Origin: Planctomycetota bacterium
GTDB lineage: Bacteria; Planctomycetota; SZUA-567; H5-PLA8
DNA: 64,000 bases
Direction: 5' to 3'
Assembly (NCBI GenBank): GCA_027493525.1
Contig: JAOSKN010000003.1
Location: forward strand, 1,223,316-1,287,315
Shown here piece by piece: positions 10,175-18,930 of the stretch. Position 1 is the stretch's first letter. Each line of letters opens with the position of its first letter. The notes below the pieces were generated by a model that had not been told where the DNA came from, did no database searches, and saw only the letters and a program-made list of their open reading frames with translations. Made by a program: the position numbers and the translations under genes.

Positions 10175-10495
10175 GTACCGCGAGCGTCCCGCCCGCTCCA
10201 CGTGCCACGGGTCAGCGAAGCCGCCCCGTGCCTTTCGTAGCGCCGGCGTCCTCGCCGGCTCGCGCGGGCGTCCCGCCCGCCGTGCCACGGGTCGGCGAAG
10301 CCGCCCCGTGCCTTTCGTAGCGCCGGCGTCCTCGCCGGCTCGCGCGGGCGTCCCGCCCGCGCGTCTTTTCGTTCCCCCATACCGCGAGCGTCCCGCCCGC
10401 CGTGCCACGGGTCAGCGAAGCTGCCCCGTGCCCCCGTAGCCCCGGCGTCCTCGCCGGCCTTCTTCCGTACCGCTCCCCGCCGTGCCACGGGTCGG
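10175..10495. repeat. REP cluster
   Basis: Four CGTGCCACGGGTC-type hairpins interleaved with GTAGCGCCGGCGTCCTCGCCGGC units. Confidence 0.9.
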
Positions 10496-10497
10496 TT

Positions 10498-10555
10498 GCG
10501 TCGTAGCCGAAGTAGAGCGTCGTACGCGTAGTAGAGGGGCATCGTACCCATAGTC
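10498..10555. repeat. Array of three degenerate 17-bp units (consensus GCRTCGTAGNCGTAGTA)
   Basis: Units at 10498-10514, 10517-10533 and 10539-10555; same family as 15337-15421. Confidence 0.85.
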
Positions 10556-10589
10556 TGGACTGGCGCGCCGGACTTGGTATGCTGCCGTC
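10556..10589 (+). promoter_or_regulatory. Putative leaderless promoter of RHS cassette 1
   Basis: TGGACT-16 nt-TATGCT-6 nt-ATG; identical geometry at 15422-15455. Confidence 0.55.
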
Positions 10590-11807
10590 ATGGTGGCGCG
10601 AGCCGAACCCCTGCGCAGGCGTGAACTTGAGTCCGCTGAGTGGCTCCCTTGGCGTCGTAAGCGAAGCGCTGAAATCCACCACTCAAGCACAATCTATCAG
10701 GCCAACTGGTTGACCTTTACCATCGGCGGGCGCAGGTTCTTCCTGTCGCGGTATCGTATCCAATGCCCCGAGTTGGGCATCTTCCTGAGCCGAGACTTCC
10801 TGCCGTACCCAAACAAGTACAGGGCGTGGTCGAATAATCCCGTGGGGCAGGTGGATAGGGACGGATTGGCTTCAACTGATACACTTACAGGATATCACCT
10901 TGACATATCGTTGTCTGGATTGCGGCCAGAAGTCAGAATCGAAATTGCCAAGAGATGGCTAGATTCTGCCGAACAATGGATCAATTTTTATAAGGACGAC
11001 CTAGAACAAGCAACCAAATTTGGCATAACTAACTTGACAAGCCATCAAGAATCACTTCATCAAGCAGAATTAGAGTACGCCAGAAGAAGGCAGAAATTCC
11101 GAGAAATCTTAAGGGATGCTCTCAATGACTTTGCCCAAAGCGAGGATAAGCGTGTACGCGACGAATACGAAAGAATAAGATGCAAGAAGGTTTGTGAGTG
11201 CATGGAGGACGCTCTCTTGCTATTCTTTGAGGCTAATAGGGCAAGGCGTAACGACCCTGAATGGAACAATGTTCTCCAAGAATTCTTGACTGCCGGAGGG
11301 GATAAAATTCGCAATGACTTTATTGTGGCAGTTGCGCTGACAGTGGTTTCAGCAGGGGTACTTGCATTTGCAAAAGCACCAGTTGTTCTAGAATCGACCA
11401 TTGCCGTCGGGAGTACGGTTACGAGAACTGCCTTATTGGGCCACAAAGCTGCGCTTGCGGCTGAGGCGTTAGAGATTGGCCTGGGAGGCCTTAAAATCTA
11501 CAATATGCAGGATCTAACTCGTACCATTTCGTCGGTTGAAGATTTGGGGACATTGGATACAGGAGTTATAAACAAACTTAATGGAATAAAGCCAGGCCTC
11601 GGTGATAGATATAATGCCTATTGGCGTAAGTCAATCCATGGAGGTGTTTTCAATCTTAAGCAATTGCGGGAGCGTCTACGGGATTGCGACAATAGTCCAA
11701 GTCGATTACTTGGCGACGATAGACGGAGCGAAATTATACGCAATCTCACGGAGGCCGAACAGTCCGAGTTGAGAGATTTGCGGAAGGAGTACGGATGCGA
11801 TAGGTAG
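10590..11807 (+). CDS. Short RHS-core tail + C-terminal toxin domain (helical, with a hydrophobic segment)
   Basis: RIQCPELGIFLSRDFL...YRAWSNNPVGQVDRDGL matches the RHS core end (PxxxxDPxG-like). GC drops abruptly after it. Confidence 0.8.
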   Translation: MVARAEPLRRRELESAEWLPWRRKRSAEIHHSSTIYQANWLTFTIGGRRFFLSRYRIQCPELGIFLSRDFLPYPNKYRAWSNNPVGQVDRDGLASTDTLTGYHLDISLSGLRPEVRIEIAKRWLDSAEQWINFYKDDLEQATKFGITNLTSHQESLHQAELEYARRRQKFREILRDALNDFAQSEDKRVRDEYERIRCKKVCECMEDALLLFFEANRARRNDPEWNNVLQEFLTAGGDKIRNDFIVAVALTVVSAGVLAFAKAPVVLESTIAVGSTVTRTALLGHKAALAAEALEIGLGGLKIYNMQDLTRTISSVEDLGTLDTGVINKLNGIKPGLGDRYNAYWRKSIHGGVFNLKQLRERLRDCDNSPSRLLGDDRRSEIIRNLTEAEQSELRDLRKEYGCDR

Positions 11808-11826
11808 GCTAATGAGAAATTGATAC

Positions 11827-12288
11827 ATGCCCGAGCTTGGGAAGGTGCTTTTTCTTGTGGTGGTAACAGGAGCAATTGTTCTGATTGCTTATGGATTATA
11901 TGAGGGATCGAATCTTATAATTGCATTGGGTCTCGTTTACCTGTTCAGGTCCATCTATCGTTTGGGCACAAGAAGAGACTTAAGTAAAGAGCATGATACT
12001 TCTCGGGTCAAGAGCATTTCGCCTAAGTTTCATCTTTCAACTCTACTTGCGTGTGTTTGTGCATCTGCATTTTTCCTTGGAGTTGGGGTTTGGTATTGGA
12101 AGAAGATTACCTTTCAGGAAAACGTGGCTGATATTTTAGTGGTAATAATCCCAGGGGTATCGATAGTCATATTATTGGGGGTTTACCTTGAAAAACGTGT
12201 GACGGCCCTGCATCGCCCCAGCGACCCGCCTGTAGGGGATGTAGCGGCCCAGGCGACTGTAAAGGATGAAAAGGAGTCGAAAGCGTGA
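11827..12288 (+). CDS. Putative membrane immunity protein (about 4 TM)
   Basis: AT-rich, directly downstream of the RHS-CT; internal FHLSTLL motif. Confidence 0.7.
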   Translation: MPELGKVLFLVVVTGAIVLIAYGLYEGSNLIIALGLVYLFRSIYRLGTRRDLSKEHDTSRVKSISPKFHLSTLLACVCASAFFLGVGVWYWKKITFQENVADILVVIIPGVSIVILLGVYLEKRVTALHRPSDPPVGDVAAQATVKDEKESKA

Positions 12289-12348
12289 AGATGTGGAACG
12301 GACGAAACAACTGCGGCCGCACTTCTCACGCACGGATACGGCGAAGGG
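12241..12348. repeat. Conserved ~110-bp cassette 3' block, copy 1
   Basis: Near-identical to 18373-18481. Confidence 0.9.
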
Positions 12349-12953
12349 CGTATGTGTCAAAAATGTTCGTGAGGCGTAAACAGTCGTCGTCGCAGGAGGT
12401 TGAACGAGATTGCCCCAAGGACCCCGCCCCATGACCCCGCCGCCCATCGAGACGGTCTCGGTCGAGCGGCAGGACGGGCGGTGCGTCGTGGTCGTCAGGC
12501 GCGGCGGGATCGAGGCCACGGGCGCGGACCAGGACGAGCAGACGGCGCTCTTCGCGGCCCCTGGGTTCCGGCGCTCATCCTGCGCGGGCCGCTTCGAGCG
12601 CGTCCTGGACCTGGGGGGCTGTTCCGGGCGGGTGGCCGGGAGGAAGGGCGCCAAACAGCAAGCGACCGTTCACTTGCTCCTTGCCGATGCGCGTTCGATG
12701 GAGCTGGAATCTTCCGCAAGCACGGAGGCTTTCGAGACCGGGAACTCCTGCGCGCGAACGATTGGATGGAAGCGTGAGCGCGAGCGGACGCCTCCCAGCA
12801 CGGAGCAAGTCAACCGCCCTTGCTCCGTCGCACCCGCTCCTGGCCACCCGCAGTTCGTCTCTTGCTGTATTCCGTTTGCAGTTTGCCGTTTGTTTGGAAT
12901 TTGATTCTTGCCGTTTGCAGTTTTCCGTACGCAGCTTGAATCTATTAAACTCG

Positions 12954-13799
12954 TTACTCTTTCGCCTCCGGCGCCAGCACCTTCGCGCCCTCCTTGATCC
13001 GGTGGTTGAACGGCGGCCGCGCCAGGATCTTCTCGAGCGCCTGCCGCACCAGCGGCTCGGCCTCCGCGCGCCACGCCGCCTCCAGCGCCGCCTGGTGCTC
13101 CTTCCGCGCGACCTTGTCCAGCGCGTCGGCCGCCATCCGCCGCACCAGCGGGACCGCGGCGCTGCGCAAGCACCCCAGCAGCGCCGGCGCGGCGGCCGGC
13201 GTTCCCGTCTCGCCCAGCGCGCCGAGGTACGGCAGCAGCGCCCCGGCGTCGGCCGCCTGCAGCGGCGCGCGGAGCTTCTTCTGCTCGTTCTGCAAGCCCA
13301 GCGCGATCCGTTCGGCCGCCCTGACCCGCTGCTCCTCCGGCAGCCCCGCGGCCAGTTGCGCCAGCGTCACCGCCGCCTTCCGCCGCACGCTCGGCTCCTC
13401 CGAATCCAGCAGCCCGAAGACCGCCTCGTACGCCCCGCCCGCCTTCGCCAGCCCCGCCGCGTGCAGCGCCGCCAACTGCGCGCCCGGATCGGCCTCCCGC
13501 TTCAGCAGCTCCGGCAGCCGCTCGGCCGCAAGCTTCGGGTCCAGCGCCGCCAGCAGCTCGACCGCCTCTTTGCGTACCTTCGGATCCGCGTGCCCCAGCA
13601 GCCGCGCCACCCCCGCCGCCGTCCCCGCCTCGTCCGGGATTTTCGGCGCGGGCGCGGGCGCCGGCGCCGGATCGAGCGGCCGCTCCGGCGCCCCCGAACC
13701 CGCCCCGCCCGCCGCCCCGCCCCGCAGCCACAGCAGCGCGAAGGCCAGCGCCAGTATGAAGCCGAACCCCGCCGCCGCCTTCCAGATGTTCGCGTCCAT
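12954..13799 (-). CDS. Membrane-anchored HEAT-repeat protein
   Basis: N-terminal TM, Pro-rich linker, and repeats such as DPKVRKEAVELL, EPSVRRKAAVTL, PLVRRMAADAL. Confidence 0.85.
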   Translation of the reverse strand: MDANIWKAAAGFGFILALAFALLWLRGGAAGGAGSGAPERPLDPAPAPAPAPKIPDEAGTAAGVARLLGHADPKVRKEAVELLAALDPKLAAERLPELLKREADPGAQLAALHAAGLAKAGGAYEAVFGLLDSEEPSVRRKAAVTLAQLAAGLPEEQRVRAAERIALGLQNEQKKLRAPLQAADAGALLPYLGALGETGTPAAAPALLGCLRSAAVPLVRRMAADALDKVARKEHQAALEAAWRAEAEPLVRQALEKILARPPFNHRIKEGAKVLAPEAKE

Positions 13800-14155
13800 C
13801 CGTGCCCCCTTGCACCTTCGTTCGCAGTATGCCACGCGCCCCGAGCCTGTCGAATGCCTCAGCGCCCAACCCCGCGTGCCACGAGTCGGTACTCCGCCCC
13901 GTGCCCCGATTCCACGTCATGCCACGGGTCGGTACTCCGCCCCGTGCCCCGATTCCACGTCGTGCCACGGGTCGGCGCAGCCGCCCCCTGCCCCGCCTTT
14001 CCAGCCGTTTGCCGTTTGTTTGGAATTTGGTTCTTGCCGTTTGAAATTTGTTTGGCTCTTGGTTCTTCTAATTTGGTTCTTCCCGCCTCCCTGGTTCTCG
14101 CCGCCGCCCCGCGCCCCCGATTCGCAATTTGCCCTGTACGTCCCCCGGCCACCGG

Positions 14156-14191
14156 TGTATGTACTACAATACTGGTAGTATGCTACATACA
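14156..14191. promoter_or_regulatory. Candidate operator: inverted repeat TGTATGTA-N20-TACATACA
   Basis: AT-rich inverted repeat upstream of ATG 14217. Confidence 0.45.
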
Positions 14192-14216
14192 GGACTTCAT
14201 AAGGAACTAACATACC

Positions 14217-15152
14217 ATGCCTTACAAGATCACATTCATCGCGTGCGGCCTCGCCGCCGCCCCCCTCTTCGCCGGCCAAGCTGCCTCTTCTATGCCGGCC
14301 CTCAAGCCGTTTCCCGAACAAGGCGTCTACGAGCGCGACGGGAAGCGCTACGAATGCGGCCTCTATCCCGGCGGCAAGAACGAGATGCCCGAGGCCCATC
14401 GCAAGGCCGGCGAACGCCTCGCCGCGCAGATCGTCCCGCTCAGCCCGGCGGGCCAGCCTGACCCCAACGGCAGGATCGCGCTCCTCGCCGCCGGCCATTC
14501 CAACCCGCGCGAATACTTCGGCGCCTACGCGCCGTTCATCGCCGCCGAAGTCCAGAAGGGCGCGCTCCATCCCAAGGTCGCGCTCGCCTCGATCTGCAAG
14601 GGCGGGAAAATGTGCCAGGATTGGGCCAAGGAATGCCGCGCCCAGACGCCCGCCGGCGGGCCGAAGGAGACGCAGGTGCTCTTCCTGCTCACCTCCTATC
14701 ACAACGCCTCCCGCGGCGCGACCGAGAAGAAGCAGCCCGAGGCGCTCAAAATGAACTTCGAGGCGCGCACGCAGGCGATGAAGGAGGATCTCAAGGTCAT
14801 CGTCCAGGCCTTCGCCAAGACCTATCCCCAGCTCAAACTCGCCTACCTGGGGTGCGACACCTGGCGCGGAAACTCCGGCCTCGAACCGATGGTCTGGGAA
14901 GAAGCGTTCGCCTTCAAAGCGCTCATCGAAGAGCAGCTCAAAGGCGATCCCGAACTGGCCTTCGAAGGCCCCAACCGCAAAGCGCCCTGGCTGGCCTGGG
15001 GCGGCTACATCTGGGAGCACAATCCGCCCAAGGATCGCTTCGCCGCCGACGGCGTCCATCCCAGCGGCTCCGGCAAAGCCTTCGCCTACGGCCGCTGGCA
15101 CGAGCTCCTGACCAAGGACAGCACCGCCGCGCCGTGGTTCCTCAAACGCTGA
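14217..15152 (+). CDS. Secreted SGNH/GDSL-like hydrolase
   Basis: Signal peptide, block I-like AAGHSN, C-terminal DGVHP. Confidence 0.65.
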   Translation: MPYKITFIACGLAAAPLFAGQAASSMPALKPFPEQGVYERDGKRYECGLYPGGKNEMPEAHRKAGERLAAQIVPLSPAGQPDPNGRIALLAAGHSNPREYFGAYAPFIAAEVQKGALHPKVALASICKGGKMCQDWAKECRAQTPAGGPKETQVLFLLTSYHNASRGATEKKQPEALKMNFEARTQAMKEDLKVIVQAFAKTYPQLKLAYLGCDTWRGNSGLEPMVWEEAFAFKALIEEQLKGDPELAFEGPNRKAPWLAWGGYIWEHNPPKDRFAADGVHPSGSGKAFAYGRWHELLTKDSTAAPWFLKR

Positions 15153-15336
15153 ACCCCGCGCCCCGCCGTGCCGCGGGTCGGTACTCCGCCCCGTGCCCCC
15201 GCACCGCCTCGTCCCATGTCGTGCCACGGGTCAGCGAAGCTGCCCCGTGCCAGCGCAGCCGCCCCGAGCCTTTCGTAGCGCCGGCGTCCCGCCGGCCATA
15301 CCGCCCCGTCCCGGCGGCAAGTGCCATCTCGCCCTG

Positions 15337-15421
15337 GCCTCGTAGCCGTAGTCGCGTCGTATGCGTAGTAGCGCCGTAGACGTAGTGGCATCGTAGGCGT
15401 AGTAGCGTCGTAGCCAAAGTA
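15337..15421. repeat. Array of five contiguous degenerate 17-bp units
   Basis: GCCTCGTAGCCGTAGTC|GCGTCGTATGCGTAGTA|GCGCCGTAGACGTAGTG|GCATCGTAGGCGTAGTA|GCGTCGTAGCCAAAGTA. Confidence 0.92.
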
Positions 15422-15455
15422 TGGCATACGGCCGGTAACAGGGTATGCTGCGCGC

Positions 15456-16456
15456 ATGGTGGCCGTGGCCCAACCCGAGCGGGCGTGGAGCGTTACCCGC
15501 GCCGAGCGGCGCCCAGCAAGCGCCCCCGTCCCGTCCGCGCCCAGTCCGGCGCATGGGCCGGCGAGCTCATCTACCAGGCCAACTGGTTGACCTTTACCAT
15601 AGGGGCCAAGCGGTTGTGTTTGAGTCCTACTCGTGTTTATGACCCGGAGACAGGGAGGTTCCCAAGTAGAGATCCGCTCGATACTTATATACTTCTTAGT
15701 GGCCACAGCCCAAATGATTCATCCGCTATATTTGAGGGTGGCATTCCTGGAGCAATGCTATTAGCCCGAAGGACTCAATTATTGCAAAAATATGTTTTCG
15801 TAGATAATTCACCAGTTCTCTTAGTTGACCCGGTGGGATTGTACTGCTGTGTAACTGATTTTACCATAATTGATACAGGGTATATCAAGTATCCGCCTGC
15901 TCAGCCTGGACAAACGTACCCTTATCCCCTTCGTAATTGGGCAGGAGGAAGTATTAATTTTGTTGGAATTGTTGCGGCCGGAAAAAATAAGGGAAAGCTT
16001 TACTATGAATCTACCGTGCTGTTTAAGGTCTTAGTCAAACTGAGCGATGGATCAGATCCCGAAGACTGTTCATTTGTGCGTGAATGGAAAAACGAAATTA
16101 TTGCGGAAAACAACATTGTCAAGAAGGATCCATATGGCATTGAGATTCCACTAAAGGCTATAGTTGTGGGAAAGACAATTGAAATTTATGATAACCCTGG
16201 AATTATTTTTGTGGGGAGGCGTGCCGTTGGCTTGGAGCTAACTAGTGATTGGCGTTTAACCGTAAAGGATAAAACTGGGCGAATACCGGAATCCTGGATT
16301 GATTATAGATTGGCGATATATAATACAATTCTTGCAAAAAGTTCTGGAATTGAGGAAAAGGGAAAGAAGACAAGTGAACCCTGCCCATTATCCATTAAAG
16401 AAGCCTTTGGATGTGACGTAAACCGAATCGTTAATGTTCCAGAATACGGGAAATGA
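15456..16456 (+). CDS. Short RHS-core tail + C-terminal toxin domain (cassette 2); leader ATG 15456 is out of frame with the core ORF 15485..16456
   Basis: IYQANWLTFTIG shared with cassette 1; RVYDPETGRFPSRDPL...YVFVDNSPVLLVDPVGL; AT-rich CT. Confidence 0.8.
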
Positions 16457-16871
16457 GCGATGAAGCTTCAATATCGCCTGAGTACGCTAATTGGAATTGT
16501 CATTACTGCGGGGGTGGCGATTGGAATTACGGTCTATATTTATCCGTATTATTTGGCTAAGAAATCAATAGATAGGTATTGCGCTATGCCTTTGGATACA
16601 TTAGTCACTGGCTATGTATTGCGCAATAGTCAATCTAGAAGGGAGCCCATGGGATCTAAGTTTAGAGACGAAGTTGGAGCCATAAATAAATATTCGCTAT
16701 GGTCTTTAGAGTGTGCCCTGCAAAGTAAATCTCCTCAGGTTAGACGAAATGCTGCATACATTATTGCATGGGCGGGCTCCGTTGATCCTGAGACTCTTCA
16801 ATTCTTGAACGCCAGGATACAAAGTGAGAATGATAGCTTGGCTCGAGGTTTGATGGTTTGGGCATATATGC

Positions 16872-18253
16872 GGGGTATTGTCAAAAGTTGTGGATGGCGA
16901 GAGGAGAATCATGCGGCGTTTTCCTTGATGCCGTCCACGAAACGGATGCCTCGAATCACGTCTTCCAGCAGCTTATGGCCGTTTAGTTTCCGCCAGCGCT
17001 TCTCGGCAACCTGAGCGAGTTTGAACACCATCGCCAGCGTGGCTTGGCGCGTGCCGCAGCCTTTGGTCTTGTGCGTCCGCAAGCGCACCGTGGCGAAGGC
17101 GGACTCGATCGGGTTCGTCGTTCTCAGATGCGCCCAATGCTCGGCGGGGAAATCGTAAAACGCCAACAGCGCGTCTTGGTCCTTGAGCAGACACTCGACC
17201 GCCTTGGGATGCTTGGCTTGGTACGTCGCCACGAACGCATCGAACGCTGCCTGCGCATCCTTGCGCGTCTGGGCCATCCAGATCTGATGCAATTTCTCCT
17301 TGGCTGAAGGCTGTAATTTCTTGGGCAGGCCGTTCAGCACATTCATCGTCTTGTGAACCCAGCAACGCTGCACCCGGCACTTGGCAAAGGCTTTCGGAAG
17401 CGCCGCCCAGAAGCCCAACGCACCGTCGCCGATGGCCAGGTCCGGGCCGTTCTTCAAGCCGCGCGCTTTCAGGTCCGTCAAGACCTCAAGCCAGGACTGT
17501 TCGCTCTCCCGCACGCCGTCATGCACGGCGACCAGTTCCTTCTTGCCGTCGGCCGTGGCCCCCATGACCACCAGGATGCACGAGCGGTCTTCCTCCAGGC
17601 GGACGTTGAAGTAGATGCCGTCCACCCACAGATACACGTAGCGCTTGCCCGCCAAGGACCGCCGGTTCCAGCTCGCGTACTCGGAGGCCCAGACGTCCTT
17701 GATCCGCGTGATCGTATTGGCCGAAAGCCCCTTGGCTTGCGGCCCCAACAGCGCGCTCAGCGCCTCCGGAAAGTCCTGCGTGGAGATGCCCTTCAAATAG
17801 AGCCACGGGATCAGGTCTTCCATGCTCTTGGTCCGGCGCAAATAGGGCGGCAGAATCTTGCTCGTAAAGGGCTCTCGCTCGTCCGAGGGGCGCCGGTCTT
17901 CCACGCGCGGCTGCGCTACGCGTACGGCGCCGATGCCCGTCTGGATCGTTCGTTCCGGCAGGTAGCCGTTGCGCACCACCACGCGATGCCCGCGCTCGTC
18001 CCGCGCCCGCTCGAAACGCTGGAGGTATTCTTCCACCTCCGCGTTCAGCGCCGCGGCTAGCAAGCGCTGCGCGCCTTCGTTCAGGATGTGAGTAAGCCCG
18101 TCCCGGCTGGCAGCTTGCGGATCGAGCGAAACCGTCGTACCCTGGCTCATGTGGCGTATCCTCCTGCCCTTGTGGGCGTGGTGGCCTTAGATCTCCACCA
18201 AGGATACGCCGCACTTTTCTTTCTCGCTCATCCACAACTTTTGACAATACCCC
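16872..18253 (-). mobile_element. IS256-family element, copy 1 (1382 bp)
   Basis: 25-bp TIR GGGGTATTGTCAAAAGTTGTGGATG; 9-bp TSD CATATATGC. Confidence 0.97.
16909..18150 (-). CDS. IS256-family (mutator-type) transposase
   Basis: RNGY, YLWVDGIY, DGALGFW, QRCWVHK and RTTNPIES motifs. Confidence 0.97.
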   Translation of the reverse strand: MSQGTTVSLDPQAASRDGLTHILNEGAQRLLAAALNAEVEEYLQRFERARDERGHRVVVRNGYLPERTIQTGIGAVRVAQPRVEDRRPSDEREPFTSKILPPYLRRTKSMEDLIPWLYLKGISTQDFPEALSALLGPQAKGLSANTITRIKDVWASEYASWNRRSLAGKRYVYLWVDGIYFNVRLEEDRSCILVVMGATADGKKELVAVHDGVRESEQSWLEVLTDLKARGLKNGPDLAIGDGALGFWAALPKAFAKCRVQRCWVHKTMNVLNGLPKKLQPSAKEKLHQIWMAQTRKDAQAAFDAFVATYQAKHPKAVECLLKDQDALLAFYDFPAEHWAHLRTTNPIESAFATVRLRTHKTKGCGTRQATLAMVFKLAQVAEKRWRKLNGHKLLEDVIRGIRFVDGIKENAA

Positions 18254-18372
18254 CATATATGCGTAACTCTAGTAGCGATGCTGGAGCGACTCCCTATATT
18301 GACATAGAAGGAAATTGGCACGTGGAAGAGCTACCGAATTTTTAACGACAGTAATTTGTTGCTGTAGCGCGT

Positions 18373-18481
18373 GTAGCGGCCAAGGCGACTGTAGAGGATG
18401 AATAGGAGTCGAAAGCGTGAAAGATGTGGAACGGACGAAACAACTGCGGCCGCACTTCTCACGCACGGATACGGCGAAGGG
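18373..18481. repeat. Conserved ~110-bp cassette 3' block, copy 2
   Basis: Near-identical to 12241-12348. Confidence 0.9.
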
Positions 18482-18930
18482 TTTTCGAATTGCCAAAGAG
18501 CCACGACTTGCGAAAAGATCACGGGCGGGTGGCACGGGCGCCGAGAAGACACACGATGAAGGCAAGACTCCTTGATTGTGGTGCCACTGCGCTGCGGTAC
18601 TCCGCAGCCAGTGCGAGGCGCGCACCCCGGATTCAACTCGCACGTAGACCCGAATGAAGTAACTTGAGTGGGCCACGCGACCCGGGTCGCGTGGCGCTGG
18701 CTGCCAACGGTCGCAGCCAGTTGCGCCAGTTCCTGAAAGGCACAAGGCGAGGCGAAGAGTGACAGTGCTACCAGCCAGGGGATTTTTTATTGATGCACAA
18801 GGAAAAGCAATACTCAATTGGCCAAGTGCTAGTTGCGGCGGCTCCCAGCAGTTCAAGGACGCCACAGAAAGATGGAATAAACTGGAGGATCAAGATGCAA
18901 TTCTTACATACTAGCATGGCTCTTACAATG

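Larger units (their letters stand above)
16460..18345 (+). pseudogene. Putative immunity protein (N-terminal TM + HEAT-like repeat) interrupted by IS256
   Basis: Removing the IS and one TSD copy restores ...VWAYMRNSSSDAGATPYIDIEGNWHVEELPNF* (164 aa). Confidence 0.8.

Noticed and set aside
10124-10408. N-terminal extension of YggS, and similar extensions such as ORF 27561..29156
   Set aside because: These are translations of REP clusters or of the overlapping upstream gene in GC-rich DNA.
12241-12348. Hammerhead ribozyme or group II intron domain V
   Set aside because: GACGAAAC and CACGCACGGAT fragments are present, but the CUGAnGA core and the 5' half of domain V are missing, and there is no RT gene.
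12400-12904. Small ORFs downstream of cassette 1
   Set aside because: Only about 40 codons (MTPPPIETVSVERQ...) look protein-like before the frames degrade; no product can be supported.
15337-15421. CRISPR array
   Set aside because: Units are contiguous 17-mers with no repeat-spacer alternation, and no cas genes are in the window.
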